Of a stretch of DNA of 46,535 nt, positions 17,416 to 26,916 are shown one piece after another. The DNA comes from an uncultured bacterium (lineage in GTDB: Bacteria; UBP14; UBA6098; B30-G16). The notes beneath the pieces were generated by a model that was not told where the DNA came from, made no database searches, and was given only the letters and a program-made list of their open reading frames with translations. The position numbers and the translations under genes were made by a program. The stretch is taken from the NCBI GenBank assembly GCA_964562425.1, contig CAZLTJ010000007.1:1-46535 (forward strand), given 5' to 3'. How positions within the stretch are numbered: position 1 is the stretch's first letter; every line of letters starts with the position of its first letter.

Positions 17416-19146
17416 TTAACCTTTCACTTGTGATTCAATGTCTGGTATTGGTTTACCTCTCATTGACTGACCTTCCATTGAAAAGGCGTTAATCTTTCCT
17501 TCTTTTACTAACTTTCTAAGCCTTGGCGATTTCACCTTGACACCTAATACCCATGACCCCGTGATAATAGTTTGACCGCCCTCTTCAAAATCAGCGCGGG
17601 CAATACCACTTTCGATTATTGCAACATCGGCCTTGGATAAAGATTTGCGGTGCATCTCGTTTATGGTTTGATGATCCTCCATAAACTTATGTGCCGCTTT
17701 CTCTATCTCTTCCGCTGTTGCGTAATCGCCTTGGAGGTCAATAGTATTAGGTTCATAGACAACGCCCAGGACTTTGCCTTCTTTCAATAGCCTTTCAGAT
17801 TTAATGATTGGTATTTTTTTATTTATTAAAACATCCCCATCATTTGTATTATTTGAATCGGCTATCCATCCAAGCTTTTTCAAATCCTCAATAATGGTTT
17901 TGTCTGCTTTTAATATTTTCTTTTCATCAGCAAGCTTAATGATATACTTTACCCTGTCTGGTTTCTGCTCGCCTTGATTGACTTCCTTAACAATAGCGTC
18001 CTTAATTATTGCATGATATTGTTTGTCTATCTTGTAAGGCTCGATTGATTTTGCAAGGACAGTAACAATATCATTTTCATCAACGTCAATTTCAGGTGTT
18101 TCAATCTCAATGGCCTTGTGAATATTCTCCGCGTCATTGCCGTCCTTTTTCGTGTCAATGACATATCCCAAATCAAGCATCATCAAACCCTTTAATTCCG
18201 ACTCCTTTTTGTTTATAACTTTAAATTTCAATTCTACCATGTGTTTATTTTGTACAGTACTATTGCCACCGCTATACAAAGTACTGCTATTGAAAATAGT
18301 TCTAACATCTCTTTCACCTTTGATAATGTTTACCAATTCAAGAGATAGTCTATTGAGATTATCTTCATTTAGCCGGATGTCTTTTCTTGATTGCATTTCT
18401 TCATATACTGCCTTTGCTTCTTTGATAATGTCCAATTCAATATTATCTTTTAATCTCTGCTGTTTATATTCATTACACAATATGCTAAAGTGTTTTATCA
18501 ATAGACCGTCACTATACTTTATAACTTTGCTTTTTACTTTATTCTTGATAATGCTGTGGACATGACCGTCCTTTTCCTTAATATCAAATTCAACTACATC
18601 ATGGAAATGTTCATTAAAGATTGATGTTCTGCCGTTTCCTTTTTCATCCAGGTCAACCGTATGCTTATGATCGTCAACTTCCGATGTCTCAAACTTCTCC
18701 TTCTTGAGTCCCTTATTAACGGCCTCTTCAAAAAGGATGGGTGTATGATTATGATCCTTAAGCCAGGCTCTTGCTTCTGCCGGTGTGAATTTCTTAGCGT
18801 CAAACCGGATAGCCTGTAATACTGATTTATCATCTGACGTAATGCCAAAGATAAAATCAATACCCGCGCCGCCCTTATCATTTTGTCTCGCAAACTTATC
18901 AAACTTTTTAGGGTCAACTAATCTTCCGCTATGTTCATTTGGAAACGGTTTGTTAATTACGTTTTTTGATTTGTCTTCTTTTCCAATCATTTTAGATCCG
19001 CATTCAGGACATACTTCGTTTACGCAAGGCGTACCCCTATCATGTTGTTTCTCATGTCCGCATTCAGGGCATACGCATTTATCCGCACCGCCGTCCCTTT
19101 GCGCTGCATTCCCCTGTCCCATACCCCGGCCGCGTATCTTTTTCAT
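17416..19146 (-). CDS. prohead protease-like protein (XkdF-type C-terminal domain) with N-terminal zinc ribbon
   Basis: 576 aa. The N-terminus has CPECGHEKQHDRGTPCVNEVCPECG. The C-terminal ~130 aa matches the XkdF-like pattern (YEPNTIDLQGDYATAEEIEKAAHKFM...HR...IIESGIA). Positioned between portal and scaffold. Confidence 0.6.
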   Translation of the reverse strand: MKKIRGRGMGQGNAAQRDGGADKCVCPECGHEKQHDRGTPCVNEVCPECGSKMIGKEDKSKNVINKPFPNEHSGRLVDPKKFDKFARQNDKGGAGIDFIFGITSDDKSVLQAIRFDAKKFTPAEARAWLKDHNHTPILFEEAVNKGLKKEKFETSEVDDHKHTVDLDEKGNGRTSIFNEHFHDVVEFDIKEKDGHVHSIIKNKVKSKVIKYSDGLLIKHFSILCNEYKQQRLKDNIELDIIKEAKAVYEEMQSRKDIRLNEDNLNRLSLELVNIIKGERDVRTIFNSSTLYSGGNSTVQNKHMVELKFKVINKKESELKGLMMLDLGYVIDTKKDGNDAENIHKAIEIETPEIDVDENDIVTVLAKSIEPYKIDKQYHAIIKDAIVKEVNQGEQKPDRVKYIIKLADEKKILKADKTIIEDLKKLGWIADSNNTNDGDVLINKKIPIIKSERLLKEGKVLGVVYEPNTIDLQGDYATAEEIEKAAHKFMEDHQTINEMHRKSLSKADVAIIESGIARADFEEGGQTIITGSWVLGVKVKSPRLRKLVKEGKINAFSMEGQSMRGKPIPDIESQVKG

Positions 19147-19304
19147 TTCTCTATTCCTCTTTTAACTATGCCAATGATTAAAGCCAACACTTTTTCCTTT
19201 TCCTTCTCTGGTTGCGTTCCGTTTTTCATGACAAAGTATTGTCTATGCTCAATCAGCGCGTCACTTGCTTTATTAATCGCATCGACTATATTAATCTTTT
19301 CCAT
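19143..19304 (-). CDS. small hypothetical protein (53 aa)
   Basis: Hand translation: MEKINIVDAINKASDALIEHRQYFVMKNGTQPEKEKEKVLALIIGIVKRGIEK. Its stop overlaps the protease ATG (ATGA). Fills an otherwise empty 140-nt gap. Confidence 0.3.
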   Translation of the reverse strand: MEKINIVDAINKASDALIEHRQYFVMKNGTQPEKEKEKVLALIIGIVKRGIEK

Positions 19305-19489
19305 TTTTCAGCCTTATAAAATTTAGCTTCCTTATCTTCGACTACTTTTAATTCTTCTTTTTTAGTATCTTTATTACGAATAATCGATATCGGTGGATAA
19401 CCACCAAGAGTTTCTATTTCGTGTTTATCCCTATCAAAGAGACTGTAATATTCTTGCCCTGATATTTCTTTCCAGTTTGTTTTTTCCAT
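19286..19489 (-). CDS. hypothetical protein
   Basis: 67-aa ORF. Its start codon overlaps the portal stop by 1 nt. Confidence 0.4.
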   Translation of the reverse strand: MEKTNWKEISGQEYYSLFDRDKHEIETLGGYPPISIIRNKDTKKEELKVVEDKEAKFYKAEKWKRLI

Positions 19490-21711
19490 TACTTACCTAA
19501 ACTCTCTACAAAAGTGCAGCGGCAGTTAACTAAATCGGCAACATTACCTGTTGGGTCTCCCGGAAATCTTAAACCACCATGAGCAGTTGGAAATAGTTCA
19601 CCAAACTTTTTTATTTGCCCATCAAGCGATGAATGATCTGATCTGTCATCAGGTGGCCCTGCTGAAATCCATTCAATATGAGTAAAACCACTCTTCTGCA
19701 TTGTTTCGATTTTTGTTATACCGGAAACTTTTAATGTTTCAGTTCTTGCAATCGTTCTTGACCAGACTGCCGTCCCTTTATTTTCAACATCGAATGCGCG
19801 TTGTATGTTTGCAGTCATTTCACTTATTGATGCGTCTTTTCTGACCAAGTCTTCAAGACGTTCTTGAACTCTTGTTTGTGTTGTAGTTGTAATACTTCGT
19901 GCTGAATCTTGCGCTAATTTTTCAAGCCTATCGTTTGTTGCGCTAGTTAACTCTTTTAATACTTGGTCACTAATAACTTCATTATTTATTCTTTTATATT
20001 CATCCTGGATAAACTTTTTTGTTATTGCGGTTTCAGAATTAATCATCAATCTCATAATATTTTTTGTTTCTTTATCTAATGCAGTAATTGCATCTTTAAC
20101 TATATCTTGCTTTATAAAACTAAAAGTCTTTTTAAATTTATTCAATGAACTAATAACGACATCTTCTTGAATTTTCATTATCTTCTTTGCCATTATCTCA
20201 AGTTTTTTTAATCCAAACTGAAAGAATGAATTAAACATTGCTATTACTTTTTGACGTTTTTCTAATAGTTCCTTTTTGCTTAATGTTCTAGGCCCCGGCT
20301 TGTCCTTTTTCTTAGGCTTATCCGCTGGTTTGTTTTTATCTTCAGGATTAACGAAACGTGCTTCAAACATCATACCCTGTTGTTGCCCTCCGCCTTTGGG
20401 CACGATTAGTTTATCGGCGGCCTCATCTTCAGCAGGTTTGATGTTCCAGATAACTTTCCTGACTTCATTCTGTGACCATTGCCCGGATTCAATTAGTGTC
20501 TTTCCTGTTTCTGATTTTAATTTTAAATCTTCCTGAAGCACTGCAATATCAGAAAAATCAAACTTCATCTTCATGTCAAACGGCGTATAGAACTCTTTGT
20601 TTAACGCATCTTCAAGCTGCCGCATCAATGGCATCATTGTTTCTTCCCAAAAGAATATCTTCTGCTCTTTGGCATTGTTGTAGTGTGTATCATTCGGGAG
20701 TCCGACCATAATCGGCGGCACATTAAACGCTGTAAGTATTTCCTCCATATTGGATTTTTTATGTTCCGGCAATAACGTCTTGTCCGGCTGGATACCGATT
20801 TGTTTTATTTCAGTACCCTGGTCAAGTACCCTGATTTCATGTGAATTTTGTACACCGCCCCACATAGTATTTAGTTCTTGCTTTAATCTTTTCGCCTCTT
20901 CATTATCAAGATCACCCGGTACTTGTGCGTACAAGTCTACGTTGCCGCCCTGCTTAAAGAAATTCTTTGCATAGGTGCGCGTATAGACATCAAGGATTAT
21001 AGACGCACCTGCCGGTTGTGTTGCCCCCATGCCGTACAGTTCTGAACGCGGATGAAACAATGCGACCCTAAACACTTTTTCTTTTTCAAGTTTTTGCTGT
21101 ACTCCATTTGGATTATAAGCATATCCTGTTATCAATTCCTGTGGTGAGGTCAGGACAGTTGTATAATCCGGCCTTAAAACATAAACCTGTTCAGGCATAT
21201 CAGGACTAGACTTTTCCCAGTAGTTGTTGCCTGTCAGTTGCAGATAAGCTATTGTTGCATAAATGAGATTAAATTTACTCATGTACGGATTAGGACTATT
21301 AAGTAATTCAAACGATTCACCATCGGTTATCAGCTTACCTTCTTCATCATCGTTGTCGGGCTTCTTTGTCAAATCAAATATGCGTATAGGAAGTTTGGCG
21401 CCATTCCTAGCAATAGCGTCAACCGCTGCATACGTCCAGATATTCTGCTCATAAACTTTTAAAAACGTTGTTTGATCTTGTCCCTCTTTGATTTCAGCTT
21501 CCCGATGTACTCGCATGTCATCATTGATAACAACAGAGCTGTCTCGTTTTGATAATGCTCTCTGGACTAAGACGGGGACTTGTTTGTTAATGATGCTTGT
21601 TACCCTCTGCTGTATTTCCCTCTCCTGGTATAGATTAGTCCTTACAACCTGTACGGCTGTAGGTTTAGGTTCAAATTTGGTTAAGACTTTATCAAGAAAC
21701 TGTTTTATCAT
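19489..21711 (-). CDS. portal protein fused to a MuF/SPP1 gp7-like head morphogenesis domain
   Basis: 740 aa. The N-terminal ~450 aa is portal-like (AAVDAIARNGAKLPIRIF, LLNSPNPYMS, LTGNNYWEK). The C-terminal ~130 aa carries the MuF signature (RTIARTETLKVSG...HSSLDGQ...VNCRCTF). Confidence 0.8.
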   Translation of the reverse strand: MIKQFLDKVLTKFEPKPTAVQVVRTNLYQEREIQQRVTSIINKQVPVLVQRALSKRDSSVVINDDMRVHREAEIKEGQDQTTFLKVYEQNIWTYAAVDAIARNGAKLPIRIFDLTKKPDNDDEEGKLITDGESFELLNSPNPYMSKFNLIYATIAYLQLTGNNYWEKSSPDMPEQVYVLRPDYTTVLTSPQELITGYAYNPNGVQQKLEKEKVFRVALFHPRSELYGMGATQPAGASIILDVYTRTYAKNFFKQGGNVDLYAQVPGDLDNEEAKRLKQELNTMWGGVQNSHEIRVLDQGTEIKQIGIQPDKTLLPEHKKSNMEEILTAFNVPPIMVGLPNDTHYNNAKEQKIFFWEETMMPLMRQLEDALNKEFYTPFDMKMKFDFSDIAVLQEDLKLKSETGKTLIESGQWSQNEVRKVIWNIKPAEDEAADKLIVPKGGGQQQGMMFEARFVNPEDKNKPADKPKKKDKPGPRTLSKKELLEKRQKVIAMFNSFFQFGLKKLEIMAKKIMKIQEDVVISSLNKFKKTFSFIKQDIVKDAITALDKETKNIMRLMINSETAITKKFIQDEYKRINNEVISDQVLKELTSATNDRLEKLAQDSARSITTTTQTRVQERLEDLVRKDASISEMTANIQRAFDVENKGTAVWSRTIARTETLKVSGITKIETMQKSGFTHIEWISAGPPDDRSDHSSLDGQIKKFGELFPTAHGGLRFPGDPTGNVADLVNCRCTFVESLGK

Positions 21712-21726
21712 TTTGATATTTTCCTT

Positions 21727-23295
21727 TTACCAGACACCCGGCCCACGTTTGGTTATTCTTTTCAATGCACCCTGTGATGCATCCGGGCCGTCTTTCTTTG
21801 CCTGCGGATAATTCTGGAATTGTTCAACCAATAATCTGTAATTCTCCGGTGCGCTCTTCCAGTCTTTGCGAAACATATACACACCGGTTGTTATAAACGG
21901 CTCCTGCCATTGTATACGGCTGTCCTTATCATGCATGTTCGCCTTGCCCTTAGTAGGTACAGGCGCCTTTCCATCGTTAAGAGATTTCCTTATTGCACCG
22001 TCTTTCATTAACGCCTGAAAGCCATTGTCCTCCATGTAAACATGATAAATAACTCCGTCATTGACCTCTGATATATCCCTGTAAATTCTGTTATGATCCT
22101 GGATTAACTTTGTCGGTGGACGCTTATCAATGGACGCATAGAGACACATGAACTTTCCCTTGAACTCGCCGTCTTTGATTCTACCGATAACGACAATGGC
22201 AGAGTAGTCTGATGTTTTTGTTTCCTTTAACGCCGGGTCTGTCCATTGAACAATCTTATCATACGTCAAGTGCTGATGATCTTCAAATGTAAACTCTTTA
22301 AAGATTTGCGTCTTAGGGTCAAGGGGTCTAAGTTCATACTCTGCCATGTACGTTGCAAAGTCAGTGCCATCTTGTCCCTCTTTAACAATGCGCAATTCTT
22401 TCAATTTCTTTTCAGGAAGTATGTCCGGGAAATTAAGTGCATCATTGTCCGGGTCGCCGTCTTTGTGTGCCGATGTTTCCATGATGTTGAAACCCTGTAG
22501 TTTTTCTTTTAACAGGTGCGGATTGATAACTTCTTTGATGTGGTTATAAATGTCATACACATGCTTCCGGGTGCCAGGCATTATGTATATGCCATTGTCC
22601 TTTTTAAGTAAATCCCATACGTCTTGAAAGAAAGATAATGTTTGGTCTCTGCCTGCTTGCGATTCCTTATCTTTCTTCCCTGCAATATCATCAGCAATGA
22701 TAATGTCAGGATGGATTGAAGTTAAAGCGGTTCCTATCCCGGCAACAGAGATAGATTTCTCTTTCATGTTCTTTGTCTTGCGGTTGATAGTAATAGACTC
22801 TTTACTCCAATCATCGGTTGAAACATAATTTCCAAACAGATCACGCAGCTTCTCATTCTTTTCAAAGTGCGATTTAATTTCCTTGAGCATGTTCTTTGCA
22901 ATTTCATGCGTATCATTGACTATGAGAATTGATAATTCAGGATTGTTTAAAAGAATGGCAATGGATAAAGTAATGGTGAAAAACGTTGTCTTGTAAACTT
23001 CCCTTGGCTGTAAGATTAAATTTTTACTTGGCGTACCACCGGTCAAGTCAATATGCTTATTAGTCCAATCATTCCAGCGTTTATGAGTATTATTAAGCTC
23101 CCGATAACCAAGTATATTTTTTCCCAGGTAGAAAAGATTTGATTTAGCGAGTACGCGGATTTTGCTTTTTTCGTTTTCTTCTTCTTCAAGTTGTTTATCT
23201 GTTAAGGATTTTTCAAGACTGTCCCTTAAGCCGGATATAAGCCGGTCTCTGCAGGCGTTTACAATGTCACCTTTACGCAGCTTGCTTTTCACCAT
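21727..23295 (-). CDS. terL: terminase large subunit
   Basis: 522 aa. Walker A-like QPREVYKTTF, Walker B-like DIIIADDIAG, and a C-terminal RNaseH-like nuclease region (SDYSAIVVIGR ... MEDNGFQ). Immediately upstream of the portal gene. Confidence 0.85.
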   Translation of the reverse strand: MVKSKLRKGDIVNACRDRLISGLRDSLEKSLTDKQLEEEENEKSKIRVLAKSNLFYLGKNILGYRELNNTHKRWNDWTNKHIDLTGGTPSKNLILQPREVYKTTFFTITLSIAILLNNPELSILIVNDTHEIAKNMLKEIKSHFEKNEKLRDLFGNYVSTDDWSKESITINRKTKNMKEKSISVAGIGTALTSIHPDIIIADDIAGKKDKESQAGRDQTLSFFQDVWDLLKKDNGIYIMPGTRKHVYDIYNHIKEVINPHLLKEKLQGFNIMETSAHKDGDPDNDALNFPDILPEKKLKELRIVKEGQDGTDFATYMAEYELRPLDPKTQIFKEFTFEDHQHLTYDKIVQWTDPALKETKTSDYSAIVVIGRIKDGEFKGKFMCLYASIDKRPPTKLIQDHNRIYRDISEVNDGVIYHVYMEDNGFQALMKDGAIRKSLNDGKAPVPTKGKANMHDKDSRIQWQEPFITTGVYMFRKDWKSAPENYRLLVEQFQNYPQAKKDGPDASQGALKRITKRGPGVW

Positions 23296-23923
23296 CGGGT
23301 TTATCTTTATCTAAGTTTAATTTTTCAACCTTGGCAAGAACTCTCTGTAATAATTCCTGCTTAACCTTTTCCGGTATTTCTGTTGCGTTTATTTCACCAA
23401 TGACATCATCCATCAAGGACAACACCGCTGACATTTCGTAATGTATTTGCGTATTCGTTTCGGAGAAGTTATTGACCATCTGTTCAAACAGTTTTGATGC
23501 GGCAACAGCGTATGACCCCTTATCCTTTGCCAACCTGGATAAATTCTGCATGTGTAAAAAAGATAACGGCTTTAATTCTTTACGGCAATTCTCAAAGTGC
23601 ATTGATTCAAGATGTACCTTTGCGGTTCTGTAATCGATCTGTAATTCCCTGGCAATCGTTAATGCATCCGGTATTAAAGTTTCATCCCTTTCGAGAAGTT
23701 CAATAAACTTTTCCCTGACCTTCATCTGGACAATTCGCCAATCAATCCGTTTCTTGAACTTATCCGGCTTAATGCCAATGCGTATAGCTTCTTCCTGTAG
23801 CTTTTTGTCTTCAGGATTTTTCAGTAATGATTTATCGGTGTCGAGAGAGGCGCCGTTGTTACATTTTGGTGTATTATCTTGATTAGGATTTTTTAAATTA
23901 TCTTGATTTAATTTGTCATTCAT
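23273..23923 (-). CDS. putative terminase small subunit
   Basis: 216-aa ORF overlapping the terL start by 23 nt. HTH-like segment (ALTIARELQIDYRTAKVHL). Assigned mainly by position. Confidence 0.4.
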   Translation of the reverse strand: MNDKLNQDNLKNPNQDNTPKCNNGASLDTDKSLLKNPEDKKLQEEAIRIGIKPDKFKKRIDWRIVQMKVREKFIELLERDETLIPDALTIARELQIDYRTAKVHLESMHFENCRKELKPLSFLHMQNLSRLAKDKGSYAVAASKLFEQMVNNFSETNTQIHYEMSAVLSLMDDVIGEINATEIPEKVKQELLQRVLAKVEKLNLDKDKPDGEKQAA

Positions 23924-24004
23924 TATCTATAACTTAGATAAGAATTACAAGGAAGTCAAATAAAAAGATGTTATATATATAATATAGGTAAGATTGAGGG
24001 GCTA

Positions 24005-24136
24005 TTATTCAAACATTTTTTCCAATATTTTTCCATAAATTTTTTGTGTTTCGAGAATCTTTTTAATTACACGATTTATTTTTTTTAATGCTTCGTCATG
24101 TTCTTTTAATTTTTTAGTTACTTGTTCAGAATCCAT
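24005..24136 (-). CDS. small hypothetical protein (43 aa)
   Basis: Hand translation: MDSEQVTKKLKEHDEALKKINRVIKKILETQKIYGKILEKMFE. Good SD (cacGGAGGcacaaaATG). Overlaps the helicase stop by 11 nt. Confidence 0.35.
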   Translation of the reverse strand: MDSEQVTKKLKEHDEALKKINRVIKKILETQKIYGKILEKMFE

Positions 24137-25223
24137 TTTGTGCCTCCGTGTAAATGCCTGTTATTTTATCATAGTTAAAATCTACTTTTCCTGTATGCCC
24201 CCTTATTTTAAATCTAACTTTTTGTATGTGTATGGATGTTGAGTCATCGGAATTACGAAATACAGTCAGGCAGTTTTCCGGTTTATTATACCAATTTGCA
24301 GAGCCGTGTATATCGTAAGGTGTTGGTACGTTTCTGTTGCCGTCTTTGTCTCTATATAATTTTTGAGGATGTGCAATTATCCAAATAGCAATATTGTTTA
24401 GTCTTGCAAACTTTTTTATTTTGATAAGACTTTCCCCTATATAATCTGTTTCGGATCTCATGTTTCCGCTTGCGTGTTCTATTTCATTCCAGGGGTCTAT
24501 GAGAAGGCAGTCTATCTTGTAGAGCTTGATGGCTTTCTTTGCGAGTTCAAGGATTGCTTCGAGAGACACATTGCTTTCGTGCGGTTCAATAAAGTAAAAG
24601 TATTCAAATATCCATGCGATAGAGTCGTTTAATTCCTGTGTGGATAGTCTATCTGTTTTACCGGTGTGGAATGGTTTACCAATGAGTTTACTTGAAAGTT
24701 TATCAAAGTGCATTTCATAAGGATAATTTTCAGGAGAGAATAGGGCAAACTTCCAGTTATAATCTTTAGCAAGGTTTATCATCATGGCGTCTGCAAATTC
24801 AGATTTCCCATGCGAGGGTATGCCGGTGATGACAGTAACTTCTCTTTTAGCAATTTTAAAGTGTTCTTGAAAGACAGGCCATTGTTTAATTTTAATTCCT
24901 GTGTCGTAACTTTCCTTGTAGAAGTCGAATATTTTTTCCTTGAAGTTATCGACTGTAATTATACGGCCCCTTGATTCGTTTGTGAGTTGGCTGTTTGCTT
25001 CTTTGAGACATTCGTTAAAGTCGCTCCAATCAAATTCAATTTCTTCCTGCCATTCGGCATACAGGGACACCATAAGGCTTATCATTTCGACATTGTTTCC
25101 AACTTCCCCGCGTATGAACTTTCTGAAGTATTGGATAACTCTTATGACAACAGACCGAATGTAACTTGGATTATCTTTAAGCAGGACGTTTTTTTCTGTC
25201 AGTAATTTAATTATGGCTTCCAT
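24126..25223 (-). CDS. DnaB-like replicative helicase (RecA-fold C-terminal domain type)
   Basis: 365 aa. Walker A ITGIPSHGKSEFA and Walker B CLLIDPWNE. Follows the replisome organizer with a 17-nt overlap. Confidence 0.7.
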   Translation of the reverse strand: MEAIIKLLTEKNVLLKDNPSYIRSVVIRVIQYFRKFIRGEVGNNVEMISLMVSLYAEWQEEIEFDWSDFNECLKEANSQLTNESRGRIITVDNFKEKIFDFYKESYDTGIKIKQWPVFQEHFKIAKREVTVITGIPSHGKSEFADAMMINLAKDYNWKFALFSPENYPYEMHFDKLSSKLIGKPFHTGKTDRLSTQELNDSIAWIFEYFYFIEPHESNVSLEAILELAKKAIKLYKIDCLLIDPWNEIEHASGNMRSETDYIGESLIKIKKFARLNNIAIWIIAHPQKLYRDKDGNRNVPTPYDIHGSANWYNKPENCLTVFRNSDDSTSIHIQKVRFKIRGHTGKVDFNYDKITGIYTEAQNGF

Positions 25224-25899
25224 AAAACGCTACTTCCTTTTGTGGTTTTGGATTTGATTTTTGGTTTGCCTGGTCTTTTAACGGGAATACGCCCTGCCAA
25301 GAATTAATAATTGATTGTTCAAGTATTTTAATTTTGGTATCGTTGTCATCCGGCGCTATTTCCTGTAGTTTATTTAATATAAGTTTGACTGCTTTGCTAG
25401 TGGTTGGTTTTTTAATTTTCTTTCTCATTTCAAGAAAGTCATTAAAAACGGTTTTTATTGGTTCTATTCTCCTTGTATTTTCTATATCTACATCTACATC
25501 TACGCCGTACTTTTTTTTGTTTGATCCTAATGTACCTTTTTTTGTACCCTTTGATGTACCTTTAGTATCTTTTTTCTTATATTGTTTAAGTCTTTGATAT
25601 TCGGATTGATAGTAAACCCAATCCTTTAAAATAATAACATTTTTATCATCAATTTCTATGTAGTTTTCGAGGTCAGAAAATATTTTTAATGCTTTTTTTA
25701 AAATATCACACTTTGTATTGAATAATTTTGACAATTGGTCAAGGGAAAAAGGCAGGTTTTCAGTGATACATATCTTTCCGCGTGGGTTACATATATCCGC
25801 AAATGCCTGAAGGTCTAACCATACGGCCCTAATCTCCGGGTCATATTTTCTTATAGATCCATACAGCCATGCGTCCGAGTGAAGCTTTGTCCAGCTCAT
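25207..25899 (-). CDS. phage replisome organizer-like protein
   Basis: 230 aa. The N-terminal WTKLHSDAWLYGSIRKYDPEIRAVWLDLQAFA pattern resembles replisome-organizer N-terminal domains. Has a basic linker, and the helicase gene lies adjacent. Confidence 0.5.
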   Translation of the reverse strand: MSWTKLHSDAWLYGSIRKYDPEIRAVWLDLQAFADICNPRGKICITENLPFSLDQLSKLFNTKCDILKKALKIFSDLENYIEIDDKNVIILKDWVYYQSEYQRLKQYKKKDTKGTSKGTKKGTLGSNKKKYGVDVDVDIENTRRIEPIKTVFNDFLEMRKKIKKPTTSKAVKLILNKLQEIAPDDNDTKIKILEQSIINSWQGVFPLKDQANQKSNPKPQKEVAFYGSHN

Positions 25900-25907
25900 A
25901 GTATGTC

Positions 25908-25960
25908 CTTATATAAATAAACAGACCGGATGCGCTTGGCCTGGGTAGACAGCGCACCCG
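25908..25960 (-). terminator. putative hairpin terminator downstream of the methyltransferase operon
   Basis: GC-rich hairpin (plus strand ccggatgcgct ... agcgcacccg, 25926-25960; 6 bp, one mismatch, then 3 bp; 14-nt loop). Followed on the coding strand by tctgtttatttatat. Lies in a 151-nt intergenic gap. Confidence 0.35.
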
Positions 25961-26050
25961 CAAGAGGTTGATTCCTATCTGTTATAAATTTCATTGAAAG
26001 TTACCCAGACCATACCCCTAACATATATTTATTTCTCTTTAAAGTCAAAA

Positions 26051-26710
26051 CTAAAACAACTCCCCTTGTGCCTGCTCCTCTTTTAAGCGACGGCAGCTTA
26101 AATCATAATATTTCTTTTCTTTTTCAATACAAATAAAACGGCGGTTTAAACGGTGGGCCGCGATCGCGGTTGTGCCAGACCCGGAAAACGGATCAAGTAT
26201 TAAATCGTTTTCTTTACCATAATCATATAAAATCTTCTCAAACAATTTCACTGGTTTTTGCGTTGGATGGATGCGTTTTTGCTTGTCTGCAGATTCCTTC
26301 GTGGTTGCTCTATTGTGAAAACTACACATTGTTATTTTTTTTAATGCCCTTTGAAAACTGGTATAAATCAACTCACCATCTGAAAAATCACCGCCCATCA
26401 TTTTATCCCAAAATATCCATCCCATTGAAGATGTCAAATATTCTACGAAATAATTCGCACCAAATATTATTTGATTTTTAGAAACCCTAAATATCTCACT
26501 AAAGCAATCTGCAGACGGCTTCTCCCTGTCCCATTTTATTTTATCATAAGTGGTAAATTGAACACCGCCCCTTGTTCTATCTGGTCTATATCCATCCTCA
26601 CCTATTGCATAAGGAGGATCTGTCAATACTAAATCAATAGAATTATCAGGTAACTCTTTTAATATATCCATACAATCGGCGTGTATTATTTTATTGATAT
26701 ATTCTTTCAT
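26051..26710 (-). CDS. DNA methyltransferase (N6-adenine or N4-cytosine, beta class)
   Basis: 219 aa. Catalytic motif IV LTDPPYAIG lies near the N-terminus and AdoMet motif I DPFSGSGTT near the C-terminus. Confidence 0.85.
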   Translation of the reverse strand: MKEYINKIIHADCMDILKELPDNSIDLVLTDPPYAIGEDGYRPDRTRGGVQFTTYDKIKWDREKPSADCFSEIFRVSKNQIIFGANYFVEYLTSSMGWIFWDKMMGGDFSDGELIYTSFQRALKKITMCSFHNRATTKESADKQKRIHPTQKPVKLFEKILYDYGKENDLILDPFSGSGTTAIAAHRLNRRFICIEKEKKYYDLSCRRLKEEQAQGELF

Positions 26711-26916
26711 CTTTATAACCTTTTCAATTGCCTTACAATATCTTCCGGCATTTCATTGATGCCTTCGATTGTCATCTTACTTCCTTGTATAGTGCGTTTA
26801 TTAAACATTCATTTTTCAAAGAAGTTTACCTTGTCAACCAGTTCATTAATTTTATTTATTCTACACTCCTGGGTAAGTGGACGCGCTAGATCGTGTTCTA
26901 ATTTTTTAATCATAAT

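Noticed and set aside
23931-23959. Possible sigma70-type promoter (TTGACT, 17-nt spacer, TAAGTT) upstream of the small terminase gene.
   Set aside because: The -10 hexamer matches only 3 of 6 consensus positions, and the predicted start would leave essentially no leader or SD. This is not enough to call a promoter.
25927-25990. tRNA-like look of the GC-rich intergenic segment (gcgcttggcctgggtagacagcgc resembles a D-arm; ggttgattcc resembles a T-loop).
   Set aside because: The D-like loop is 14 nt, which is too long. No complementary T-stem, anticodon stem or acceptor stem can be drawn. I treated it as a hairpin or terminator, or at most a decayed tRNA/att fragment.
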